64,000 nt of DNA from an uncultured Selenomonadaceae bacterium (GCA_905234395.1 CAJOHG010000013.1:5253-69252); one strand, 5' to 3'. Numbered from the stretch's first letter, positions 17,627 through 26,176 are shown. Numbers and translations: made by a program. The notes: a model not told the origin generated them from the letters alone.

Positions 17627-18718
17627 TCAAAGTTTATTTTCGGACAAATCAAGCTTGCGGCGGTCAAGAGAATCCATAACGCTCAAATCTTTTTCGGGAT
17701 TGGGATTCACGTCGTAATACTCATATTCGGTACCGGGCGTATATTCCATGGCGAGCTTTTCAAAATGTTTCTTGTCCGCCTTGAAGTCGAGATTTTTGCG
17801 CATGACTTTGCCGAGACGAACGGCATCGGGAATAAGGTAACTGCCGCCGTTAATGTATTGAATCCAGCCGGGCACGACGCCGGTTTTGATTTTGCCGGAA
17901 GACTCCGCACTTTTGAGAGAGCCTGCCGCTTCCAACATTTCTTTCGAGCTTAAATCGGTGTCAATCGCCTTGACTGCAACGCTCAACAAATCGGGAATTT
18001 TAATCAGCATTGAAGGTTCGCTCAATCTGTCGACGCAGGCACGCAAGAAAGCTTGTTGACGACGCACGCGCCCGATGTCGCCTTCTTCAGAATCACGATA
18101 GCGCACGTATTCAATCGCACTCTGCCCGTCGAGATGTTGAATGCCCTGCTTGAAGTCGATGACAAGTCCGCCGTTGTCGTCCCAGGGATCTTCGTAGTGC
18201 ATGTCGCGTTCGACGTAAATATCAATGCCGCCGAGTGCGTCAATCACGTCGACGAATCGCGCCTTGTTAATCGTGACGTAGTGATTGATTTCAATGCCGA
18301 GAAATTCTTCAACGGTCTTGCGTGACAATTTCTCGCCGCCGTAAGCATAAGCCGCGTTGATTTTTTCGTAGCCGTGCTTTTCAATGTAAACCATGGTGTC
18401 GCGCGGGATTGTTAAAAGTGACGCAGAATCTTTGGACAGCCGCAAAATCATCAGCGTATCGGAGCGACCAACGTCATCTTTGCGTTCGTCGACGCCCATC
18501 AAAATTATCGTCGTCGGTTTGCGGAATGTCGGCAAAACATTTTCGGGCGCGATTTTTGATTTCAAGTCCTCTTTGATTCGCGTGAAGTCCGAATTAAATC
18601 CCATGTGAGCAAGTGAGCCGACGATTATCAACGCGCAAATTATCAGCGACCAAAAAATTCTGCGGTTGCGCATTTTCCGTTCCAAATCGCCGCGTTTTTT
18701 CTCAAGACGTTCGCGCAT
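17627..18718 (-). CDS. LytR-CpsA-Psr (LCP) family protein
   Basis: 363 aa. Has an N-terminal TM segment, then ILMGVDERKDDVGRSDTLMILRL and TIPRDT. Confidence 0.85.
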   Translation of the reverse strand: MRERLEKKRGDLERKMRNRRIFWSLIICALIIVGSLAHMGFNSDFTRIKEDLKSKIAPENVLPTFRKPTTIILMGVDERKDDVGRSDTLMILRLSKDSASLLTIPRDTMVYIEKHGYEKINAAYAYGGEKLSRKTVEEFLGIEINHYVTINKARFVDVIDALGGIDIYVERDMHYEDPWDDNGGLVIDFKQGIQHLDGQSAIEYVRYRDSEEGDIGRVRRQQAFLRACVDRLSEPSMLIKIPDLLSVAVKAIDTDLSSKEMLEAAGSLKSAESSGKIKTGVVPGWIQYINGGSYLIPDAVRLGKVMRKNLDFKADKKHFEKLAMEYTPGTEYEYYDVNPNPEKDLSVMDSLDRRKLDLSENKL

Positions 18719-18743
18719 TGAGTCACCACCGTTCTAACAATTA

Positions 18744-18771
18744 GGAATGAGGAATTAGGAATGTGGAATTA
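18744..18771. repeat. Heptamer tandem repeat (GGAATGA)(GGAATTA)(GGAATGT)(GGAATTA)
   Basis: GGAAT starts at 18744, 18751, 18758 and 18765. Related copies lie at 34338-34349, 49404-49430 and 57943-57954. Confidence 0.8.
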
Positions 18772-18785
18772 AAAATTTTTACACG

Positions 18786-19322
18786 TCAAAATCTAATGGA
18801 CGCTTTGAACTTTGTCAAGTCAATGCTCGTTTGAATTTCGGGATGTTTGCGCAGGAAATGTTGTTCGACTTCGGGCGCGGCGACGAAATTTTTTAGGCGA
18901 CCTACCTTCACGAAACATTTGCGCACAGCTTTATCAACGTTCGGATCGTTAATCGTTAGACAAGCTTTTGAAACGACAGGCTCCTTGCCGCGATTGGCGA
19001 TAAAATTTACGTGCAGTTCGACTTGCGGTTCATCCTCGCCGCTTGAATAGTAGACGCCCAAACTTTTGTCGGCATAAGGATTGAGCACGTTGAACAAAAT
19101 ATCCATGAGCATTGACAAATCCATTTTTTTTGGATTGAATTCGATTTCGATGCCCGTGACGTTTTCAAGCGTCTGCAATTCGGGATTAACATAGCTGTGA
19201 ACGTTACGCGCGGAAATTTTTCCAATCAATACATTCACGACGCCGGGCAAGTCACTAAAAATTTCTTGCAGCTCGTGAACATTCTCGCCGCTGAAATAAA
19301 TTTTCTTCGTGTACAAAATCAT
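18786..19322 (-). CDS. MsrA-fold protein lacking the catalytic Cys motif
   Basis: I prefer the start MILYTKKIYFSGENV (ATG 19322 after AAAGGAG). It is collinear with MsrA (GV.NV..G, IEIEFNPKKMDLSMLMDILF, FVAAPEVEQHFLRKHPE), but GCFWG is replaced by SGENVH. The 86 codons upstream in the track ORF are low-complexity. Confidence 0.6.
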   Translation of the reverse strand: MILYTKKIYFSGENVHELQEIFSDLPGVVNVLIGKISARNVHSYVNPELQTLENVTGIEIEFNPKKMDLSMLMDILFNVLNPYADKSLGVYYSSGEDEPQVELHVNFIANRGKEPVVSKACLTINDPNVDKAVRKCFVKVGRLKNFVAAPEVEQHFLRKHPEIQTSIDLTKFKASIRF

Positions 19323-19413
19323 CGCTCCTTTCGATAAAAAATTTTCGTGTCCGCCAATGAAATTCCTGCCGAAAGTATTTATAATTGACTTCTCAAACAG
19401 GAGGTGCGTTGAA

Positions 19414-19554
19414 ATGGTTTTGCTGGTGACTTTGATTGTTATTGTGGCATTTGTTATCGCGTGGGTGTATTTTCGCGGCGGCGGTTCAGATGGCGGCAAC
19501 GGCATTGACTTTGACGACGACAACGACAGCGACGGCGGAGACGGCGGAGATTGA
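19414..19554 (+). CDS. Small membrane peptide with an acidic Asp/Gly tail (46 aa)
   Basis: AGGAGG lies 8 nt before the ATG. The peptide is MVLLVTLIVIVAFVIAWVYFRGGGSDGGNGIDFDDDNDSDGGDGGD. An upstream ATGAAA-N17-TATAAT could be a promoter. Confidence 0.5.
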   Translation: MVLLVTLIVIVAFVIAWVYFRGGGSDGGNGIDFDDDNDSDGGDGGD

Positions 19555-19584
19555 AAAATTTTTCTGCACGGGAGATGCATTGCG

Positions 19585-19695
19585 ATGAATTTGTTTTTGA
19601 TTTTGATGGCAATGGTCGCTGTAGCATGGATTTGTTTTCACGACGACGATGACGACGACGATGATTGCGGCGGAGACGATGACGGCGGCTATTAA
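19585..19695 (+). CDS. Small membrane peptide with a poly-Asp tail (36 aa)
   Basis: A GGGAG-type RBS precedes the ATG. The peptide is MNLFLILMAMVAVAWICFHDDDDDDDDCGGDDDGGY. It has the same architecture as the preceding ORF. Confidence 0.45.
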   Translation: MNLFLILMAMVAVAWICFHDDDDDDDDCGGDDDGGY

Positions 19696-19765
19696 AAAAA
19701 ATTTTACAAAATATTTCCGCGCGAGTATAATCATTGCGTTTTGAACCGGAAGGAGGAATTTTAAT

Positions 19766-21225
19766 TTGACAAACGACGTAATGATTATCAATGCTTTCGT
19801 GCTGTATATCGGCGTGATGATGGGCATCGGCGTCTATTACTATCGGCAGACCAAAAACATGAGCGATTATTTTCTCGGCAACCGCAAACTCGGCGCGTGG
19901 GTAACGTCGCTGAGTGCTGAAGCGTCCGACATGAGCGGCTGGATGTTGATGGGCGTACCGGGCTTTGCTTATCTTGCAGGACTTAACGCAGGATGGATCG
20001 CTGTCGGCATTGCTATCGGCACGTGGGCGAATTGGCACTTCGTGGCGGCGCGACTCCGTCAATACACCGAACTTGCCGGAAACGCGTTGACACTGCCCGA
20101 ATTTTTGCAGAATCGCTATAAAGACACGAGCAACTTGCTCCGAATCGTGCCCGCAATTTTTATTCTGATATTCTTCATTCTGTACACGTCAAGCGGTTTC
20201 GTTGCGGCAGGAAAACTTTTTGAAACTGTCTTCGGTATGCCGTTCCAATACGCGATATTTCTCGGCGCAGGCTCCGTCGTCTTCTACACGTTGATTGGCG
20301 GTTTTCTCGCGGTCAGTCGCACAGATTTTATTCAAGGCGTGATGATGTTCTTTGCAATTTTAATCGTTCCAATCTGCGCGGCGATGAGTTTGGGCGGCTT
20401 CGGCGAAACGGTCTTGAAAATAATCGAATACAAAGAAACACTGTTTGAGCCTTTCCTTAAACCGGACGGCACGACGCTCGGCACGATCGAATTAATCTCG
20501 TTATTGGCTTGGGGCATCGGCTATTTCGGACAACCGCACATTTTGGTCAGGTTTATGGCTATCAAATCGACAAGTGAATTGCCGCAAGCAACACGAATCG
20601 CAATGACTTGGGTAACATTGAGCTTAGCAGCGGCAGTTTCTATCGGAATGGTCGGCACAGTTTACGTTACGACTCTGAAACGGTCTTCCTGGTGATGACG
20701 AATCAGCTTTTCCCGCCGATTGTCGCAGGTTTGGTTTTGAGCGCGGTTTTGGCGGCGATAATGTCCACGGCGTCAAGTCAACTGCTCGTCGCGGCGTCGG
20801 CATTCGCCCAAGACTTTTACAAAACGCTGATTCGCAAGGACGCCAATCAAACGGAACTCGTGTGGATTTCGCGGGCATCGGTGCTGATTATCGCATCAAT
20901 CGCCGTATTTTTAGGCTTCAATCCCGACAGCTTTATCCTTGACATGGTCGCCTATGCATGGGCAGGATTCGGCGCGGCGTTCGGCCCGGTTGTGCTGATG
21001 AGTTTGTTTTGGCGCAGAACTACTCGTCGCGGCGTCATTGCGGGAATAATCGTCGGCGGCGTCACGGTCATTGCATGGAAACAACTTGCGCTCTTCGGGC
21101 TGTATGAAATTGTTCCGGGATTTTTATTCGCGCTGATTGCAATTTACATTGTCAGCAAATTCGACGCTGAACCCGAAAAAGAAATTTTGGAGACGTTCGA
21201 CAAAGTCGGCGAGAGCAAAATCTGA
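19766..21225 (+). pseudogene. putP: Sodium/proline symporter disrupted by a 5-bp tandem duplication
   Basis: Track ORFs 19766..20695 and 20608..21225 are the two halves of an SSS-family PutP (GWMLMGVPG..., ILSAVLAAIMSTASSQLL). TTACGTTACG lies at 20662-20671. Removing one TTACG joins ...GTVY to DSETVFLVMTNQLF in frame. Confidence 0.85.
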
Positions 21226-21226
21226 A

Positions 21227-21270
21227 CAAAAAAAATTTCCCGCGACTAAGTGTCGTGGGATTTTTTTTTT
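21227..21270. terminator. Bidirectional terminator between putP and brnA
   Basis: The stem TCCCGCGAC/GTCGTGGGA sits between an A-run and a T10 run. Confidence 0.7.
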
Positions 21271-21470
21271 CAATCTTCAATCAATGTAAGTCTGTAACGT
21301 CTCCAAATATCTCTTGCAGGTTTCATTCTGGCGAGTTCTTCATCTGTCAGCGGCGGTATATCGCTGTAATCGATGTCTTCATCGCTCATCTCTGCCAATT
21401 TTGCAAGTTCTGCCTTCTGTTCAGGCGTCAATTCCGGTTTTTGTCCCTTAATCAGGAAGAAACTGCCCAT
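21270..21470 (-). CDS. brnA: BrnA-type antitoxin (DUF4415-like)
   Basis: The peptide is MGSFFLIKGQKPELTPEQKAELAKLAEMSDEDIDYSDIPPLTDEELARMKPA. The DIDxSDIPxLTDEE signature is present. It overlaps the 3' end of brnT. The start was chosen by AAGGA spacing; the track start is 21500. Confidence 0.7.
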   Translation of the reverse strand: MGSFFLIKGQKPELTPEQKAELAKLAEMSDEDIDYSDIPPLTDEELARMKPARDIWRRYRLTLIED

Positions 21471-21750
21471 AATAATCATTCCTTTCTTTTTTATTCGCAC
21501 GTCTAGCCGATATTATCCTTAATTTCTCTTTTCGTTCAGTATAAATCACAACTAAAACCTCGTCAACTTTACCGATAACTTTTATCCTGTCTTCGTCGTC
21601 ACTATGCTTATAATCATAATCCTCAAAAAGAAATTCATCAAAAAATACAAGCATAGCAACTTCAAACCTTACTCCGTGTTTTTTAAGATTAATTTTCGCC
21701 TTTTCGTCGTCCCACTCGAATTCAATACCTCTAAGTTCAACTTCTCCCAT
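21448..21750 (-). CDS. brnT: BrnT-family toxin (DUF497)
   Basis: The start MGEVELRGIEFEWDDEKAKINLKKHGVRFEVA follows GGAGG. RIISARRANKKERNDY lies at the C-terminus. Confidence 0.8.
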   Translation of the reverse strand: MGEVELRGIEFEWDDEKAKINLKKHGVRFEVAMLVFFDEFLFEDYDYKHSDDEDRIKVIGKVDEVLVVIYTERKEKLRIISARRANKKERNDYYGQFLPD

Positions 21751-21881
21751 GAAAAATCGCCTCCGAGCGAAGATTATCACAAACATTTTCCGCCGTCAAA
21801 ATCGCCGAAAAATTTTTAGTCGCGACGAGTTTTAGCCGAAATATTTACGGGAAAAAATTTTTCGATAACGGAGGTGCCGCG

Positions 21882-22694
21882 ATGAAAAAAATTTTGCTTA
21901 CCGTGACGATTTTACTTTGCATAACCTGCGCGGGCTGTTTGGAAGGCGAATCGAATCTGATTATCACCGACGACGGCGAAGTTTATATGCGCAACCGATT
22001 AACCGGCGTGCCGTTAATCGCTGAACACGTCGAATCCTTCCGCAAAAGCTACGAAAACAATCCAAACGCCGAAATTTCTCCTGTCGCCGAAAACAACATG
22101 AGCGGCTACGAAATTCGCGTGCACTATCCGAGCATTGAAACTTTCGCGGCGGAAAGCAACGAACTTTACACGACGCACGACAAATGCAAGGGCATTCAAC
22201 GGCGCAAAAGCTGGTTCTTCGACGCGTACAACTTCGATTTGATGATGACGGGCGACAAAAAATTTTCTCCGAGTGAAGCCGCCGCCGTTCAAAGCATGTT
22301 GTCGCAGGTCTCGTTTAATCTCGTGATTGAGCTGCCTTACGCCGCCGATAAGCACAACGCCGACAAATTCGACGCCGAAAACAAAATCTTGACGTGGCAA
22401 CTTGCGCCCGTTATTATCGGCAGTACCGCTGATAAACACATGCGCGCGCAATTCAAAATCTGGCACCGTGACAAAATCGCGCTGACAATTTTCGTCGGCG
22501 TGCTGTTGATTGCGGCGACAATTTTTTTCCACGTCAAAGCCCGTGCCGAAGAATCGGAGAGCGTCGCAAAGGATTTGAATTTTAAACGCAACGTCTTCGC
22601 GGGAATTTTTATCGCGCTGATGTTTATCGCGGCTTATCTGCTCTTCGCGAACGTAAATTTCACGGACGCCGACATAATTTCAGTTAGGAGCTAA
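21882..22694 (+). CDS. Putative lipoprotein / membrane protein
   Basis: 270 aa. Has a signal peptide with a CAGC lipobox-like site and two C-terminal TM helices. I recognise no family. Confidence 0.6.
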   Translation: MKKILLTVTILLCITCAGCLEGESNLIITDDGEVYMRNRLTGVPLIAEHVESFRKSYENNPNAEISPVAENNMSGYEIRVHYPSIETFAAESNELYTTHDKCKGIQRRKSWFFDAYNFDLMMTGDKKFSPSEAAAVQSMLSQVSFNLVIELPYAADKHNADKFDAENKILTWQLAPVIIGSTADKHMRAQFKIWHRDKIALTIFVGVLLIAATIFFHVKARAEESESVAKDLNFKRNVFAGIFIALMFIAAYLLFANVNFTDADIISVRS

Positions 22695-22697
22695 AAT

Positions 22698-24899
22698 TTG
22701 ATGCTAATCGCCAAAGTTTGCGTGAACGTTACGAGCAACGCTGTCGACAAAAATTATACATACCGCGTGCCCGACGACTTGAAGTTTTTAACGGCAGGTT
22801 GGCGCGTAATAATTCCGTTTGGAAGGCAAAAAACCGATGGATTTGTGATAAGCGTTCACGAAATCGACGACTCGACGACATTTGAATTCACGCTGAAAGA
22901 TATTGCAGGAGTTTTTGACGATGAACCGTGGTTTACGCCCACAATGATGAATTCAGCGCGATGGCTGTCGGAATTTTACATGTGTCCGTTGTCGCAGACG
23001 ATGAGTTTGTTTATGCCGGGTCAGCACGTGAAAAAAATTTCCGCACGCTTTGAACGCGTCTTTAAACTCGCGGGCACCTTCGACGAAAAAAAATTCTCCA
23101 ACAAACGCTCACAGCTGAAACTTTTGCGACTGCTTGAAGAGCGCGGCGAATTGTCTTCCGCTGAACTCAAGGAGCACAAAATTTTAACGTCGACGGCGAA
23201 AATTTTAATCGATGCGGGCTTAATCACGGTTGAACAGCGAAGAATTTTGCGCGACAGCTATTCACAGATAAAGTCGTTGCCGAGAGAATTCGATTTGACG
23301 GCAGAACAAGCCGCCGCGATTCAAGCGATCGAAAAATTTTTGTCCGCGCAGAAATTTCAAGGCGTCCTGCTTAACGGCGTGACAGGTTCCGGCAAAACTC
23401 AAGTTTACGTCGAGCTGACAAAAATAACCCGGCAACTTGGTCGGCGAGTGATAATTCTCGTGCCGGAGATCGCGTTGACGGGTCAAGCAGTTGCAAATTT
23501 CAAAGCACATTTCGCGGACGTGGCGGTAATTCACAGCAGATTGAGCATTGCCGAACGAAACGACACTTTTTACAGGATTCGTAGCGGTGAAATTGGAATT
23601 GTCATTGGTGCACGCTCCGCATTGTTCACGCCGATTGAAAATGTCGGCTTGATTGTCGTTGATGAAGAACAGGACACGTCTTATAAGCAGGACAAAAATC
23701 CGCCGCGCTATCACGCACGCATTGTCGCCGAAGAATTTGCCAAATTTCACGACGCGGTTATAGTTTTCGGTTCAGCGACGCCGAGCCTGGAAAATTTTTA
23801 TCGCGCACTTAACGGCGAGCTGATTCTATTAAAAATGCCGCATCGTGTGCTGGATAATCCGTTGCCCGAAGTAAAATGCGTCGACATGCGCGGAGAACTC
23901 AAAGCCGGCAACAAATCGGTCTTGAGTCGTGAATTGACGGAGCTGCTTAGAAAAACGGTTGCAGAAAATCAGCAGGCGATTTTGCTTTTGAATCGGCGCG
24001 GCTGGTCAACGGTTGTGATGTGTCGTTCATGCGGCGCGGTGTCCACTTGTCCCGATTGCGGCTTGCCAATGACTTATCACGCGGACGGGAAATTGCGTTG
24101 TCACCGTTGCGAAGTCGAATCAATTCCGCCGACGATTTGTCCGACTTGCGGCAGTAAGCACATAAAATTTTTGGGCACGGGAACGGAGAAACTTGAACGC
24201 GCGTTGAAAACTTCGTTGCCCGAAGCAAGAGTTTTGCGCATGGACAGAGATTCGACCGGCGGAAAATTCGGGCACCAAAAAATTCTGGACGCTTTTGCCG
24301 CTCACGAATACGATATTCTTTTCGGAACGCAGATGGTTGCAAAAGGTCACGACATCAGCGGCGTTACGACGGTCGGCATTTTGAGTGCGGACGCGGCGTT
24401 GAGCTTTTCAAACTTTCGGGCGGCGGAAACGTGTTTTGAACTGATAACTCAAGCGGCGGGTCGTGCGGGACGTGCTGATTTGCCGGGCAAAGTCATCGTG
24501 CAAGCTTACAACGTCGACGCGGCGGCTATCAGATTCGGTTGCGAGCAGGACTACGAAAAATTTTGCGCGAGTGAATTGCCGCAACGTGAAGAAGTTTTTT
24601 TTCCGCCGTTTTGCAGATTGGTCAAGCTTATTTTCACGGGCAAGGATGAACTTAAAACTAAAACTCGTGCCAAAGAAATTGCCAAAGCTTTCCGCGCCGA
24701 AGTCGTTCAAAATTCCCGCAAGCGTCAAGAAATTTTCGGTCCGATACCCGCCGCAATCGCTCACTTGCGCGAAAATTTCAGATTCGTTGTGCTGATTAAG
24801 TCGGAAGATTTATCGAGCGTCAGAAATTTTTTGCGTGCTCACGATTTGCACAGGCGCGACGACGTTCAGCTTGACATTGACCCGACGACTACCGATTGA
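22698..24899 (+). CDS. priA: Primosomal protein N' (replication restart helicase)
   Basis: 733 aa. Contains LLNGVTGSGKT, VVDEEQD and Cys4 zinc-binding CRSCG...CPDCG...CHRC...CPTCG. Confidence 0.92.
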   Translation: MMLIAKVCVNVTSNAVDKNYTYRVPDDLKFLTAGWRVIIPFGRQKTDGFVISVHEIDDSTTFEFTLKDIAGVFDDEPWFTPTMMNSARWLSEFYMCPLSQTMSLFMPGQHVKKISARFERVFKLAGTFDEKKFSNKRSQLKLLRLLEERGELSSAELKEHKILTSTAKILIDAGLITVEQRRILRDSYSQIKSLPREFDLTAEQAAAIQAIEKFLSAQKFQGVLLNGVTGSGKTQVYVELTKITRQLGRRVIILVPEIALTGQAVANFKAHFADVAVIHSRLSIAERNDTFYRIRSGEIGIVIGARSALFTPIENVGLIVVDEEQDTSYKQDKNPPRYHARIVAEEFAKFHDAVIVFGSATPSLENFYRALNGELILLKMPHRVLDNPLPEVKCVDMRGELKAGNKSVLSRELTELLRKTVAENQQAILLLNRRGWSTVVMCRSCGAVSTCPDCGLPMTYHADGKLRCHRCEVESIPPTICPTCGSKHIKFLGTGTEKLERALKTSLPEARVLRMDRDSTGGKFGHQKILDAFAAHEYDILFGTQMVAKGHDISGVTTVGILSADAALSFSNFRAAETCFELITQAAGRAGRADLPGKVIVQAYNVDAAAIRFGCEQDYEKFCASELPQREEVFFPPFCRLVKLIFTGKDELKTKTRAKEIAKAFRAEVVQNSRKRQEIFGPIPAAIAHLRENFRFVVLIKSEDLSSVRNFLRAHDLHRRDDVQLDIDPTTTD

Positions 24900-24939
24900 A
24901 CACTTGAAAAATTTTTCGTGCCGTGATATTATTCGCGCA

Positions 24940-25047
24940 GTCAATGAGACAAAACGAAAGGCAGGGCGTCGGATTTATCGCGTCGACTCCCTCCCGATTG
25001 ATAGAACTACGTTAATCCGTTAGAAGCCGCCCGCTAGCGGCTTTTTT
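24940..25047 (+). ncRNA. Candidate antisense/antitoxin sRNA convergent with the small ORF at 25054..25134
   Basis: A promoter TTGAAA (24904-24909)-N17-TATTAT (24927-24932) lies upstream, and no ORF follows. It ends at the shared hairpin 25023-25047. It contains the CU-rich CTCCCTCCC (24987-24995). Confidence 0.35.
25023..25047. terminator. Bidirectional terminator
   Basis: The stem AGCCGC/GCGGCT is followed by T6 on the + strand and preceded by an A-rich run. Confidence 0.7.
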
Positions 25048-25053
25048 CGTACC

Positions 25054-25134
25054 TTATTTATCCAGATACATGAGCAATGCCACGATGGTCTGAATCAAGT
25101 TGAGCACAAGCATCAACCAATCGAATTTATCCAT
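25054..25134 (-). CDS. 26-aa hydrophobic peptide, type I toxin-like (Hol-Tox-like)
   Basis: GGGGGTGA lies 4 nt before the ATG. The peptide is MDKFDWLMLVLNLIQTIVALLMYLDK. The 5' UTR hairpin CCTCTC-GAAAA-GAGAGG abuts the SD. A promoter CTGAAA (25225-25220)-N17-TATTAT (25202-25197) lies upstream. Confidence 0.5.
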   Translation of the reverse strand: MDKFDWLMLVLNLIQTIVALLMYLDK

Positions 25135-25264
25135 GACATCACCCCCCTCTCTTTTCGAGAGGAAGCCGAGCTACCTAGCCCTGTCTTTCGCACCGAATAA
25201 TATCACGTGTCAAAAATTTTTTCAGGATAATTTTCAGCCAGCGTCACTGTCGAGCGGCAGTGAT

Positions 25265-26176
25265 TTATTTTTTTTCAACGCCGTCAATGAACGCGAACAC
25301 TTTATCGAAATAAGCGGCGGGATTCGTGCTTTTGGCGTCAGCGTGACCGGCACCGGCAACGATAAATTTTTCCTTTGGAGCCGCGCAGACGTCGAACAAT
25401 CTGCTCATCATCGCGAAAGGAACAAGTCCGTCAGCGTCGCCGTGAATGAACAGCACGGGCACTTTGATTTTGTCGACAACTTCAATCGGTGCAGCGTCAG
25501 AAATTTTTATGCCGGTCTTGAGCTTGCAAACCAAATTCGCGCAAGGCATAACGGGATATTCAGGCAAACTAAAAATTTTTTCGAGTTGCGCGGTGAACAT
25601 CTCGTAAGCGGAAGTGTAGCCGCAATCTTCGACGACGGCAATCAAATTGGACGGTTCAAGCGCGGCAGTCAACATCACAGTTGCGGCACCCATTGACACG
25701 CCATGCAAGATAATTTCAGCGTCGGGATGAGCGTCGGAAATTTTTTTTGCCCAATCGAAAACATCACGACTTTCCAACGCACCCATCGTGATAAATTCGC
25801 CGTCACTCTTGCCGCTCGCACGCAGATCGGGAACTACGACATTCCAGCCGCGTTTGAGATATTCTTCAGCGTAATCGAAGGCAAAAGTTCCGTCGCGCCC
25901 GTAGCCGTGCACGAGAATCGCCCAACGATTTGACGGCTCGGCAGGTGAAAAATTCCACGCGTGAAGTTTGAGACCGTCGAAACTTTCAAGCGTCCATTCA
26001 TCGGCAGGATAATTCGGTGCGGGCGGAGCTTTCAAATTCGGGTCGGCAATGTTCGCGCAAGCTTTCGGCGGCGACAAATCCTCGCCACGGTGCAACGCGA
26101 AATCTACGAAATAATTTCCGACACCATAGCCCGCGCAGATTAGCAGAACAATCACCGCGATAAAAAATTTTTTCAT
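25265..26176 (-). CDS. Alpha/beta hydrolase with an N-terminal membrane anchor
   Basis: 303 aa. Contains HGYG, the nucleophile elbow GVSMGA, and IHGDAD. Confidence 0.8.
   Translation of the reverse strand: MKKFFIAVIVLLICAGYGVGNYFVDFALHRGEDLSPPKACANIADPNLKAPPAPNYPADEWTLESFDGLKLHAWNFSPAEPSNRWAILVHGYGRDGTFAFDYAEEYLKRGWNVVVPDLRASGKSDGEFITMGALESRDVFDWAKKISDAHPDAEIILHGVSMGAATVMLTAALEPSNLIAVVEDCGYTSAYEMFTAQLEKIFSLPEYPVMPCANLVCKLKTGIKISDAAPIEVVDKIKVPVLFIHGDADGLVPFAMMSRLFDVCAAPKEKFIVAGAGHADAKSTNPAAYFDKVFAFIDGVEKK

Noticed and set aside
19454-20062. A 202-aa minus-strand ORF, plus another at 19486..19827, covering the small-peptide region and the putP 5' end.
   Set aside because: Their Arg/His-rich sequence is the reverse reading of the Asp-codon runs and of putP. 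There is no RBS. The plus-strand mini-ORFs and putP explain the region.
24900-25022. Whether the ORF-less stretch after priA could be an SRP (4.5S) or 6S RNA.
   Set aside because: It lacks the conserved SRP domain IV motif (…GGUCCGGAAGGAAGCAGCC…). It is far too short for 6S RNA. It is better explained as a short convergent sRNA.
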